Of a stretch of DNA of 64,000 nucleotides, positions 1-9,954 are shown piece by piece. This DNA comes from a virus. Lineage: Duplodnaviria > Heunggongvirae > Uroviricota > Caudoviricetes. The position numbers and the translations under genes were made by a program. Numbering within the stretch: position 1 is the stretch's first letter; the number at the start of each line of letters is the position of its first letter. The DNA is taken from the IMG/VR virus record IMGVR_UViG_3300039159_000198; one strand, 5' to 3'. The notes below the pieces were generated by a model. It was not told where the DNA came from and did no database searches. It saw only the letters and a program-made list of their open reading frames with translations.

Positions 1-370
1 ACAAGTAAAGCGGCCTGCTTAATCCTGTTGACGTTACCCCCAATTTGAATTGTTCCTCCACCAGAAGACAAACTCCTAATGGCTTCCACCTGGTTGACGT
101 TACCCCCAATTTGAATTGTTCCTCCACCCATTGTTTTGTTAGGTCCTGTATTTCCTTGTATTCTAACCCAAAAAAGGATTCCAAAAATGACCAAATTTTA
201 TCGTATGAGATATAAACACATCCATTTTTTTTATTGTAATAAAAAATAACTTTATCATTTTTCATAAAGAAAATGATATCCTCCCATTTATCTGTTTTAT
301 ATATGATTAACCCGGAATATTCTTCGTTCAGGTAGTTGATGATTGAATGTTTTAGTTTATCGTTCATAAT
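1..370 (-). repeat. 5'-truncated paralog of the 3408..3728 gene (duplicated segment; window starts inside it)
   Basis: bases 60..370 are ~90% identical to 3440..3730. There is also an internal 35-bp direct repeat at 26..60 and 88..122. Confidence 0.6.
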
Positions 371-574
371 AAGCAAAGATAGGACAAAATAATTAAACTA
401 CAAAAAAGTGGGGATAAATTTTATATGAGTAAAAATACTTATATGATTTTATTTGGTAATCAAGAAAAAAGAATTATCTTTGTAAAAAAAAATAAAGATT
501 ATGAAAAACATACACGTATTACTAAAGTTGGTATAATTTTTGTATATTTGTAATGAATTTAAAATCATATATAA

Positions 575-1045
575 ATGGCATACGTTTATACTTATACAAG
601 ACTTGATAAAAATGAAATTTTCTATGTAGGAATAGGTTCTGATTCTAATTACAAAAGAGCAAAGAATAAGTCAGTAAGAACTGATTATTTTAAAAAAATT
701 ATAAATAAATCTGAACATAGGTTAGATATAGTCTTTGATAACCTTAGTTGGGAAGAGGCTTGTAAAAAAGAAATAGAACTTATTGCTTTGTACGGAAGAA
801 AAAATTTAGGAAAAGGAACTCTTATAAATTTTACTGATGGAGGAGAAGGAAGAAAAGGTTCTCAAAACAGAATAACTCCAACTTATCAAATAGATTTAGA
901 GGGTAATATTTTAAAAGAATGGATTAATATAGAAGCTATATGCAAAGAACTTAAAATTCATAGACAAAGTTTATATGATGCTCTCAATAGTAAAGTATTA
1001 CCTGTAATAAATTTATGTGGGTATATAAGAAAGATTATTCTTTAA
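575..1045 (+). CDS. GIY-YIG family homing endonuclease
   Basis: N-terminus YVYTYTRLDKNEIFYVGIGSDSNYKRAKN contains the GIY...YIG motif and the conserved R and N. It is paralogous to 27655..28350 (both start MAYVY). Confidence 0.8.
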   Translation: MAYVYTYTRLDKNEIFYVGIGSDSNYKRAKNKSVRTDYFKKIINKSEHRLDIVFDNLSWEEACKKEIELIALYGRKNLGKGTLINFTDGGEGRKGSQNRITPTYQIDLEGNILKEWINIEAICKELKIHRQSLYDALNSKVLPVINLCGYIRKIIL

Positions 1046-1273
1046 TAAAGATTAATGATATACTAACAAAGTTAGAAAATGAAAAAGTCAGAAGAATAAA
1101 CAATCCTACACCTGGTAAAAGCCTATCGCAGTATTACAGTATGATTTAAACAACAATTTTATAGCAGAGTATAAATCTGTTACAGAAGCATCAAAGAAAA
1201 CATTAACAAGATGTTCGTGTATAACACAATGTGTTAATCCAAAATACAATAGAACAACAGCAAACAATTTTAT

Positions 1274-1897
1274 ATGGAAAAGAAAAAAAATTTATGGGTA
1301 ATACCAACGAACAAACCAAGTAGATTATTAAAATTTGCAAACGAGTTAATGTTTGACAAAGATACGGAATTACGTGATAAAAGAGGAGTGCATGTATATA
1401 TCACATCAGATGAAGAAATTAAAGAGGGAGATTGGTGTTTTGAATTATATAATGGTCAATCACAAGCAACTTCCCCTAAATTCATTGATGAAAAAGGTAA
1501 TGTTTGGTGGTTGAGAGTAATGAATATGAATTGTTCTGCAAATGACCCAGAATGTAAAAAAATAATCCTAACAACAGACCAAGATTTAATCAAATCGGGT
1601 GTTCAAGCTATTGATGATGAGTTCTTAGAATGGTTTGTTAAGAATCCAACTTGTGAGTTTGTTGAAACTTTTTATTCAGATAAAGATTTAGATGGATATT
1701 GGAAAGGTATAGAACAATATCAAATAATCATTCCAAAAGAAGAACCTAAACAAGAAACACTTGAAGAAGCTCGCAGATTGTATAATGAGAGGGATGTGTC
1801 GGAGTATGCTTATTATTTTGAATCATGTTATGCAAAAAGACCTATGGAAACACCTTTACCTCCTAAACAGTGGTTTGAACAATTTAAAAAGAAATAA
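1274..1897 (+). CDS. hypothetical protein (207 aa)
   Basis: long ORF with ordinary protein-like composition. Confidence 0.5.
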   Translation: MEKKKNLWVIPTNKPSRLLKFANELMFDKDTELRDKRGVHVYITSDEEIKEGDWCFELYNGQSQATSPKFIDEKGNVWWLRVMNMNCSANDPECKKIILTTDQDLIKSGVQAIDDEFLEWFVKNPTCEFVETFYSDKDLDGYWKGIEQYQIIIPKEEPKQETLEEARRLYNERDVSEYAYYFESCYAKRPMETPLPPKQWFEQFKKK

Positions 1898-1929
1898 GAT
1901 ACAACCTCACTTACCGGTGGGGTTTTTAA

Positions 1930-2316
1930 TTATAAATCACTTTTAATTTTTAAAATTTCGTCTTTAGATACTTGTGTTACAATTCTAGTTAAAAAGTCAT
2001 CCAAATAATAATCATCACCAATAATATTTAATATCGGCATTTGTTTTTTTCTGATGTAGGTCATATCCTCAAATTCGGAGGTATCGGTTTTGGAGTTATA
2101 TGAAAATTCAGCGGTTGATGTTGCGGTTTTTGTAAACATATCATCTTTTTCTTTTGGAGTGAATTTAATAGTAATTGTTATAATATAATTTGGTTTGCGT
2201 CCCAAGAAACTCGACGATACATCCATATCGTAATTACGTAAAATAATTCTTTCCACATAATGATTATTGGGGTTTAATAGGTGATTATATTGAGATTCTG
2301 TTATAATGTATTTCAT
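1930..2316 (-). CDS. hypothetical protein, ITE-leader family (N-terminus MKYIITESQYNHLL)
   Basis: shares the conserved N-terminal leader with >=11 other genes in the window. Confidence 0.5.
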   Translation of the reverse strand: MKYIITESQYNHLLNPNNHYVERIILRNYDMDVSSSFLGRKPNYIITITIKFTPKEKDDMFTKTATSTAEFSYNSKTDTSEFEDMTYIRKKQMPILNIIGDDYYLDDFLTRIVTQVSKDEILKIKSDL

Positions 2317-3350
2317 ATTTTAAAATGTATTTTACCAGTAACATTTACGATTTTTCTTATTTGTTGTTTGGAATGTGTTTTGGAGATTGGAGTATCTGTT
2401 AAATCCAAATAACCTCCAACTGAGGTTAAATTCCCGAGGGATTCAATATTGGTATTCAATAAATCCACCCATCCTCCAACTGAAGTTAAATTCCCAAGTG
2501 ATTTAATATTGGTGTTATTTAAATCCAAATCACCTCCAACTGAGGTTAAATTCCCAAGTGATTCAATATTGGTATTCCTTAAATCCAAATCACCTCCAAC
2601 TGAGGTTAAATTCCCAAGTGATTTAATATTGGTGTTATTTAAACCCAAATAACCTCCAACTGAGGTTAAATTCCCGAGGGATTCAATATTGGAATTCCTT
2701 AATGCCAAATGGTTACCAACTGAATTTAAATTTCCAAGGGATTCAATATTGGTATCCCTTAAATCCAAATCACCTCCAACTGAAGTTAAATTCCCAAGTG
2801 ATTTAATATTGGTGTTATTTAAACCCAAATAACCTCCAACTGAATTTAAATTTCCAAGGGATTCAATATTGGTATTCCTTAAATCCAAATCACCTCCAAC
2901 TGAGGTTAAATTTCCAAGGGATTCAATATTGGTATCCCTTAAATCCAAATCACCTCCAACTGAGGTTAAATTCCCGAGGGATTCAATATTGGTATTCCTT
3001 AAATCCAAATCACCTCCAACTGAGGTTAAATTCCCAAGTGATTTAATATTGGTGTTATTTAAACCCAAATCACCTCCAACTGAGGTTAAATTCCCGAGGG
3101 ATTCAATATTGGCATTCCTTAATGCCAAATGGTTACCAACTGAAGTTAAATTTCCAAGTGATTTAATATTGGTATTCCTTAAATCCAACTCACCTCCAAC
3201 AGAATATAATGGATAACCTCTTTTCTTTAAAAAAAGTTGTAATGATTCCCAATCATTATTGAACATTTCCATGTTAGGGATGTGTAAGATTTCAGGTTTC
3301 TCATTCTCTGTAATTAACTTACATTGAGATTCTGTTATAATGTATTTCAT
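2313..3350 (-). CDS. leucine-rich repeat protein with ITE-leader (MKYIITESQ); ~14 near-identical 20-aa LRR units
   Basis: protein repeats LGNLTSVGGDLDLRNTNIES. The DNA shows a 60-bp near-perfect tandem repeat, since each 60-nt sequence line begins aaatccaaat. Confidence 0.75.
   Translation of the reverse strand: MKYIITESQCKLITENEKPEILHIPNMEMFNNDWESLQLFLKKRGYPLYSVGGELDLRNTNIKSLGNLTSVGNHLALRNANIESLGNLTSVGGDLGLNNTNIKSLGNLTSVGGDLDLRNTNIESLGNLTSVGGDLDLRDTNIESLGNLTSVGGDLDLRNTNIESLGNLNSVGGYLGLNNTNIKSLGNLTSVGGDLDLRDTNIESLGNLNSVGNHLALRNSNIESLGNLTSVGGYLGLNNTNIKSLGNLTSVGGDLDLRNTNIESLGNLTSVGGDLDLNNTNIKSLGNLTSVGGWVDLLNTNIESLGNLTSVGGYLDLTDTPISKTHSKQQIRKIVNVTGKIHFKI
2400..3200. repeat. 60-bp tandem repeat array (~13-14 units) encoding LRR units
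   Basis: the period is 60 bp and the units are >90% identical. The repeat lies inside the CDS 2313..3350. Confidence 0.9.
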
Positions 3351-3407
3351 ATTAAATAAATATAAGGGGTTGGGGAATTAACTCATAGTTTATTGATAGA
3401 TTTGTTA

Positions 3408-3728
3408 TTATCTAATGTTTTCCCATCTTTTGTCTCCGGAAATTAAATCAGTATGGGTTGTCACTCCCAATTTGAATTGTTTCTCCACCCATTCCTTTGT
3501 TAAGACCTGTATTTCCTTGTATTCTAACCCAAAAAAGGATTCCAAAAATGACCAAAGTTTATCGTAAGAGATTAAAACACATCCATTTATTATATTGTAA
3601 TAAAAAATAAAATTACCATCTTTCATAAACAATATGAGGTCTTTCCATATATCCGCTTCATAAATGGTAAGTCCCGAATATTCTTCATTCAGGTATTTAA
3701 TTATCCTATGTTTTAATTTATCTGTCAT
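3408..3728 (-). CDS. hypothetical protein (106 aa); a paralog copy is truncated at the window start
   Basis: long ORF. Most of the gene is duplicated at 60..370. Confidence 0.5.
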   Translation of the reverse strand: MTDKLKHRIIKYLNEEYSGLTIYEADIWKDLILFMKDGNFIFYYNIINGCVLISYDKLWSFLESFFGLEYKEIQVLTKEWVEKQFKLGVTTHTDLISGDKRWENIR

Positions 3729-3802
3729 AAGAGCAAAGATAAGAATAATAAATGAATATCCAAATAGTTTTTTATTCCATATAATTCTACTATCTTTTCA
3801 AG

Positions 3803-4174
3803 ATGAAAATAGATAGAGAAAAAGTTTATTTAAAATGTGATAAAAGATGTGCTTATTGTGGAAAAGAAATCACCTTAAAACAGATGCAGGTGGACCACAA
3901 GGAACCCATCTTCAGGAACTATACGGATGATGAATTAAAACGATATAACCGAGGGCGGGGAACAAATGATATGGATAATCTATTACCAAGTTGCGCGAGA
4001 TGTAATAGATGGAAGAGCACATACACTATTGAACAATTCAGAAAAGAAATATCCCTTCAAATAGAAAGATTAAATAACCACAATAATAATTACAGGATGG
4101 ATAAGGATTATAATTTAGTTACGGAGACAAATAACCCTGTGGTATTCTATTATGAAAAAGGGTCGGGGATTTGA
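3803..4174 (+). CDS. HNH endonuclease
   Basis: CAYCGKEITLKQMQVDHKEPIF ... NLLPSCARCNRWK gives the Cys-pair, DH and N...CxxCN elements of an HNH domain. Confidence 0.75.
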   Translation: MKIDREKVYLKCDKRCAYCGKEITLKQMQVDHKEPIFRNYTDDELKRYNRGRGTNDMDNLLPSCARCNRWKSTYTIEQFRKEISLQIERLNNHNNNYRMDKDYNLVTETNNPVVFYYEKGSGI

Positions 4175-4200
4175 ACGACCCGGACATACGGAGAGATTGG

Positions 4201-4848
4201 TTAAAACGATTTTCCCTTTTTCAAATTATCTTGTGCCCACATTGGTTGTAAGTTAGTAAAATGACAAAGACTTAGTAACTCTTCTTCTGTGTTTGCGGAA
4301 GATAACGGTATTTTATGGTCAATATGCCACCCATATAATCCATAATTATCCCAAGACATGACATCAACAAATAATCCTTCAAGATAGTTTTTTAATTCAT
4401 CAGGAGTACAACCAACGATTTCAAAAGTTTTATTTCTCTTAGTAATGTTTTTTATTAACATATATTTTTTAATTCTACGTCTAACACTTTCAGTTAATTT
4501 AGTTTTAGGGTTTGTACGGTATTTTTTCCTATTCTCTTTAACTTTTTCCGGGTTATTCTCTTTCCATAATTTACTATACTCGTTTTGTTTTTCCCTCCAT
4601 TTTTTCTGAGATGATTTAACTTTTTCAGGGTTATTCTCTTTCCATTTATTTAGACGTTCGATTTTTTCCTCTTTAGTACGTTTATCAAGTACTCGGGGGT
4701 TATACCCTTCAGTTTCCCTACGAATTCGGTCTTTTTCTCTCCTACAGTCATTACAACCATTTCTTCGGTATTTAGGTGCGTGAGAGTATTGTCGAAATGA
4801 AGTTTCGGGTTTAGAGATATTACAAACGTTACATATTTTCATTACCAT
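4201..4848 (-). CDS. HNH/His-Me finger nuclease with N-terminal zinc ribbon and lysine-rich linker (homing endonuclease-like)
   Basis: C-terminus GWHIDHKIPLSSANTEEELLSLCHFTNLQPMWAQDNLKKG and N-terminus CNVCN...CNDC. It is paralogous to 7915..8580. The start was moved to MVMKICN at 4848. Confidence 0.65.
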   Translation of the reverse strand: MVMKICNVCNISKPETSFRQYSHAPKYRRNGCNDCRREKDRIRRETEGYNPRVLDKRTKEEKIERLNKWKENNPEKVKSSQKKWREKQNEYSKLWKENNPEKVKENRKKYRTNPKTKLTESVRRRIKKYMLIKNITKRNKTFEIVGCTPDELKNYLEGLFVDVMSWDNYGLYGWHIDHKIPLSSANTEEELLSLCHFTNLQPMWAQDNLKKGKSF

Positions 4849-5203
4849 AATAATAAATATCTTAAAAAAGTAATAACGCCTCGGACCATATGGTAGATTG
4901 TGAAAAACAATTATTAAATAAAATAGTAAAGAATAAATCCATTCGTTCATACCTATGTTCCGTTCCAAACCTCCCTATCGGTCAGTTTTCACTACACTCC
5001 GGATTCACTCACAGTTTCATTCTTTACTATTTTAAACCTATAAGCTTAAATTTAATTTATATTTTAAACCTATACACTTAAAAAGTAATTTAATGACAAA
5101 GGTACCACTTTGTGGTACTAATGGCAAAGATTTACTTTATTGCCAATCGTTTAAACATAAACCCTAATTGGCGGGGTTTATCCTATGACTAAAAGTAACC
5201 ATA

Positions 5204-5243
5204 TATCCCCGCCTAACTACGAAGGTCCCCGCCTAACTACGAA
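5204..5243. repeat. 20-bp tandem duplication CCCCGCCTAACTACGAAGGT x2
   Basis: two exact adjacent copies. Confidence 0.9.
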
Positions 5244-6031
5244 GGTCCCCACCAAACGACAAGACTCCCCGTGGTCGGTCTGTGACACTCCCTGTGGTCG
5301 GTCTATCGACACAACGATGAGGTGGTATTAATAATCGTTTATGGGGCGATAATATAGATTAGGGGATAAACCCCTTATATTTTTTACTTATCGTTAATGA
5401 GACGATGTATAATGGACTTTATTAGATGACATTAAAACTAAGTCCTACGGACAATATTAGATGTCATTTCCTTAATCCCACTTATTACCACCTCCTTATC
5501 TTTGTTATCACAAAGTTAATTGTCGAGGTCATAAATGACCACATATGACTTGTCTTCCTCTGAAGGGACATATAATGGTCGTATCGGTCCACTCCTGAGG
5601 TCGGTCTGTGACACTCGTTGAAGTGATACTATACTACCATAACACTCATTTCATTCGTTTCCCCGCCTCTTGTACCACTCCTTACTCTTTTCGCCAGGTT
5701 TTATCTATAGTAAAAAATTACCTCTCACACTATCAGGAGGGGGAAAAAAGTGGTCTTTACAGTATGACCAGCCACTAATCGGTGGTAAAATGTGGTAGAG
5801 AATGGTAAGGACATTTACCTAAAAGGCGGGGAAAAGGATTATCCCCTATGTATCGTCCCCCTGACATTTTGACAAATCCAAATAATTACCTCTAAAGTTA
5901 TCATCAAATAAATTTTATTTTATCAACTGACATGGTGTCAGGACCATTCCCCGCCTGTTTATAACTTTATTTTTATACGTACCGGAACTATACTTAACTG
6001 TACTTCGAACAATCCGGGTACAGAAACACAT

Positions 6032-6280
6032 ATGGACAATTTAATATTCAACTTAGATAGGATGGAAGAGAACCAAATTCGAGTGGTCATCACAGATAGG
6101 GGACAGATTCAAAAGGGGGTTTTATATTTCGAGAGGGTGAAGAGTGGTTTTAATAGGAAACCGATAAGCATGAATTCGTGGGCGTGTGTGGACGCCAAGG
6201 TGGAGGGGTTATATGATATGGGTGGGGACTACAGTTCTTTGGACATACTCAATAGATGTCAGGACCTAATCCGGTCCTAA
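6032..6280 (+). CDS. hypothetical protein (82 aa) inside the ORF-poor region
   Basis: only ORF >60 aa in 5.08-7.14 kb, with weak support. Confidence 0.25.
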   Translation: MDNLIFNLDRMEENQIRVVITDRGQIQKGVLYFERVKSGFNRKPISMNSWACVDAKVEGLYDMGGDYSSLDILNRCQDLIRS

Positions 6281-7086
6281 CCTCTCTGTCGTAGATGTCA
6301 ACAACTGATAATGGGTGGGGAATAACGTCCCCGCCTGTGACTATTAGGGTTATTTTTTTTGTCTTGTAAGGATATTATAAATCCCGACAACTAACCAACC
6401 AAAGAATAGGTATTTCAATAAGTTTCTCATAACGATAATTTTTTTGTAAAGATAATACAATGTATGGACTTTTACAAGAGATATGATATATTTATTAGAG
6501 AATGTGATTGTTCCCCCACGGTAGGGGATTTACCACTCAGTTCCGGTCAAAGACATAAGTGAACGTAAAGAGATGGAGATTATCTTCAAATATATAACCA
6601 TTATCATCCTACCCGGACAACTTGTCCATTACGTGTGGGAATTTTTTGTTTCCGGTCATCACTAAATGGGGGAAGATTATCATCTTCTATGGCGTGGGGT
6701 TTAATAAAAAAAATTAAAGAGATGTGGAATCTACAACTCTGACGAGTTGGTTTACCCACTCTCTTCCACCACTACGGTCCGACCCCATCCGGATTGTCTC
6801 TTCCTCTAACGAGGAAGTTGTGACGGTAATGTGGTACTCCCTTCATTACATTCCGGTCGGTCTATCGACTCAAAGGTAATGAATTAAAATGACCCCGCCT
6901 AATAGTATCAAAATTATTTTACCACGAATGCTCCTTTTTAATGTGTCTCGGTAATTTCCACTTCATTAATACATTTATTGCCACCCCAAGAATAAAAGAG
7001 GTTAAGAATAATAGTGGCGAGTTCAATTCCACAAAGATGGTAGAGAATACCACCATCAAAATAAAGGTTAGTTGTTTCATAAGTTT

Positions 7087-7155
7087 TATAATTAATTGTA
7101 GTTAAAGTATATAATTAATTGTAGTTAAAGTATATAATTAATTGTGGTTAAAGTA
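7087..7155. repeat. 3 x 23-bp tandem repeat TAATTAATTGTAGTTAAAGTATA
   Basis: direct reading of the sequence. Confidence 0.85.
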
Positions 7156-7599
7156 TATATAACACTATTTATTATCATGACAGCAGAAGAAACAAAACAA
7201 TCCTATATGTTTAAAATCGTTAGGAGAGCCCTAATGAAAGAATACCCATGGATTAATGACGTACAGTTAGATGATAATGAATTCGATAGTTACAAATACT
7301 CCAACTTCATATACCTAACCATTAACCCAATTATATTAGGTGAAGAACAAGGGTGGGACCTTGCCCCTTGGACCATTAGAAATATAAAGAATAACAAACC
7401 CGAACACTCTCCCGTATTGGGATTGTACTTTAAAGGGGGTCACGACTACAAATCTACCGTTGATGAACTTAATGACTTCACCACAGATATTTGTCGTTCC
7501 CCCGCCATACCCGATGAACTTAAACTACCAAAACCTAAAAATACTTTCTACATCTCAGGGTATGACCTTACTGACAACCTGACAATACAAAACATTTAA
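7144..7599 (+). CDS. hypothetical protein (151 aa)
   Basis: long ORF. Confidence 0.45.
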   Translation: MVKVYITLFIIMTAEETKQSYMFKIVRRALMKEYPWINDVQLDDNEFDSYKYSNFIYLTINPIILGEEQGWDLAPWTIRNIKNNKPEHSPVLGLYFKGGHDYKSTVDELNDFTTDICRSPAIPDELKLPKPKNTFYISGYDLTDNLTIQNI

Positions 7600-7914
7600 C
7601 ATATAAGTTATGAACAGGAGGGGAGGTGTCATGTTAATAACTTATACCCACCCCGGGTACCCCCTGTGGGGCGGGGTACACCCCCTCCCCCCTCCCGTAT
7701 CCCCCCTTACTATATGTCATAATGTCAGTTTTACCCCTTTAATCCCCTGAATAAAACAAAAAAATTTTTGGGGAAAAATTACCCCCTCCGGTACTATGGG
7801 AACAAGTCTTTTCTAAAAACACGACCTTATGTTTTGGTGAGGGTGTAATTCTTAAAAAAAATTTTTAGAAAAAATATTGATTTTTATGGGTATAATGCCT
7901 ATATCATATACGAT

Positions 7915-8580
7915 ATGAATGAGACCAAATTATGTAATAAGTGTAATTTAGAATTACCTATTAGTGAATTTTATAAAGAGGGGGGGGGTAAGTTAAGAAC
8001 CCCTTGTAAAAAATGTCGTAGTGATATAAATCGTATTAATCATAAAAAATGGAAACAAACTGAGGTGGGGAAACTTAAAACCAAAGAATGTAAAAAACGA
8101 TATAAACAGAAACTATCTAACGAGAAAAAAATAATTCGAGAGGAGAAGAACAGGGTGAGATTACTTCAACGGGAATTAAAGGTTAAAGAGACGGAGGAAT
8201 GGAAGGAAATAAAGAAACAAAAAGACAGAGAACGTCAATCTAAAAATTTTAAACATAAATGGGATAATGACGAATTGTTTGATATAAAGGTTAGGTTGAG
8301 GAATTTAATACGTAATTCTTTTAGGAGACAGGGTTATAAGAAGTTTAATATTTCAACGGAGGAAATTGTTGGTATGGGTTATGATGACTTTAAAAAATAC
8401 TTGGAATCTAAATTTATTGATGGGATGGATTGGGATAATCGTGGGGAATGGCATATTGACCATATCGTTCCTTTATCATCCGCTAATACTGAAGAGGAGT
8501 TAATCTCACTTAGTCATTATACTAATTTACAACCATTGTGGGCTGAGGATAATTTAAAGAAGGGTGATAAGATTACTTAA
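7915..8580 (+). CDS. HNH/His-Me finger nuclease with zinc ribbon (paralog of 4201..4848)
   Basis: CNKCN...CKKC at the N-terminus and EWHIDHIVPLSSANTEEELISLSHYTNLQPLWAEDNLKKG at the C-terminus. Confidence 0.65.
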   Translation: MNETKLCNKCNLELPISEFYKEGGGKLRTPCKKCRSDINRINHKKWKQTEVGKLKTKECKKRYKQKLSNEKKIIREEKNRVRLLQRELKVKETEEWKEIKKQKDRERQSKNFKHKWDNDELFDIKVRLRNLIRNSFRRQGYKKFNISTEEIVGMGYDDFKKYLESKFIDGMDWDNRGEWHIDHIVPLSSANTEEELISLSHYTNLQPLWAEDNLKKGDKIT

Positions 8581-9020
8581 ATCTATCATATGGTCCGGGT
8601 CATTCAAATCCCCACCCTTATGGTGGTTGTATAATCCGAGGAACTAATTTATAATTTACGAATATTTATTACTATGTAATATACTATAACAGAGAATAGA
8701 TTACGAAAACTTTTCGTAAATTATATGGATTCAATGTATGATTTAAAATATAAAGGGAGTACTCGAGAGTTTGTGGATATGTCTTAACAATAGATACTCA
8801 TTTTTACTAATGAGTTATTACTCCATTATTTAAAAGAGAGATTTCCGGATGTGGGAATAGACGGAATAGAATAAGACCCCCCTTTAACGAGTGGGGTTTT
8901 TTTTATATCTCTCCCTGTCCGGTTGCTCACTTCGTTCGGTTTAATCCCCAGCCCCTTTTTATTGAAATATATTTGGTGGTTAAGTAAAAAGTTATATCTT
9001 TGTTCCCTAAATTAAAATGG

Positions 9021-9491
9021 ATGAAACATACCCCAAAGATTACAAAATTAAAACAACGAATGATTGAGGAGACCTTAAAAGATTTTAAGTGTCTATTGGT
9101 TAGGTACCGTGATTGTAGGGGTGATGACGATTTGGTTAAGGAATTCTGTTCAAGAAATAGAAATCCTTTATTTGATATTACCTCAATTCAATATTTTCAA
9201 ACGGGGTTAAAGTCCAAGGGATTTATTGAGAATGGGGGGGAACCTGTTAATGAACATTATATTCCAAGGGTTAAATCCACAGAGATTATATTTGAGGAAT
9301 TACATAAGAATCTTGATATGGGGGTTGAGGTGTTTACATATTTGATTAAGAAGTATTCATCCACCATTTCATTAACTAAAGATGAACATAGTAGGATTAC
9401 AATATTAACAAAGGGTAAGGGTGTTATGAATTATCTTATGTATGAAGAGGCGGGGATTGAGGTCCCGGGACTAATGGAACATATTGGGTAG
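9021..9491 (+). CDS. hypothetical protein
   Basis: ORF preceded by a TATCTTTG promoter box at ~8996. The start was moved to MKHTPK. Confidence 0.5.
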   Translation: MKHTPKITKLKQRMIEETLKDFKCLLVRYRDCRGDDDLVKEFCSRNRNPLFDITSIQYFQTGLKSKGFIENGGEPVNEHYIPRVKSTEIIFEELHKNLDMGVEVFTYLIKKYSSTISLTKDEHSRITILTKGKGVMNYLMYEEAGIEVPGLMEHIG

Positions 9492-9587
9492 TTATTCGTA
9501 TACTGCGTCGTCCGGACTCCCTTCGGTCGGTTTAATCCCCCACCCCCCTTTTTTCCAATATTGATATATTTATAATTAAAACAAATT

Positions 9588-9920
9588 ATGAAACACATAT
9601 TAAATGATTTATCAAACGAAGAAAAAAATAATATTCGTGAACAACATACAGGTGGAATGAAAGTAATGACTGAAAATTTCAGTAAATTAATTAATTCTAA
9701 ACTTGGGAACTCTAAACCATTGGTTAATGAAGAAATGAAAGAAGGAAAATCATCCCCAATTAAAGAATTGAAGAATGATATTCATAGAGCATTAACTCAA
9801 AAAATGTCAAAAACAACCTCATCAGGAGAACAAGGAAAATTTAATCATGAAGAAGTTGAAAAAGATTTAAACCAAATATTAGACGACATTCAAGATGTTG
9901 TTAGAAGATATAGAAAATAA
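9588..9920 (+). CDS. hypothetical hydrophilic protein
   Basis: ORF followed by the terminator at 9926..9954. Confidence 0.5.
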   Translation: MKHILNDLSNEEKNNIREQHTGGMKVMTENFSKLINSKLGNSKPLVNEEMKEGKSSPIKELKNDIHRALTQKMSKTTSSGEQGKFNHEEVEKDLNQILDDIQDVVRRYRK

Positions 9921-9925
9921 TATTA

Positions 9926-9954
9926 AACCACCCTAATCGGTGGTTTTTTTTTTT
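9926..9954 (+). terminator. intrinsic terminator
   Basis: AAACCACCC taatc GGTGGTTTTTTTTTT. Confidence 0.7.

Larger units (their letters stand above)
5080..7140. other. ORF-poor, relatively GC-rich intergenic segment with dispersed CCCCGCCT and GGTCGGTCT repeats (candidate origin, regulatory region or ncRNA locus)
   Basis: no ORF >82 aa in 2 kb, in an otherwise gene-dense genome. CCCCGCC occurs at ~5204, 5224, 5662, 5954, 6338 and 6894, and once in reverse (as GGCGGGG) near 5826. GGTCGGTCT(G/A)T occurs at 5272, 5296, 5600 and 6856. Confidence 0.6.

Noticed and set aside
2400-3200. Regular 60-bp repeats could suggest a CRISPR array
   Set aside because: There are no unique spacers: the units are contiguous and near-identical, lie inside a long ORF, and translate to canonical LRR units.
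2449-3216. Plus-strand ORFs 2449..2652 and 2869..3216 (KSKSPPTEVKFPSD repeats)
   Set aside because: They are the antisense reading of the LRR repeat array. The repetitive open frame is an artefact of the tandem repeat, and the minus-strand LRR gene with the ITE leader is the coherent one.
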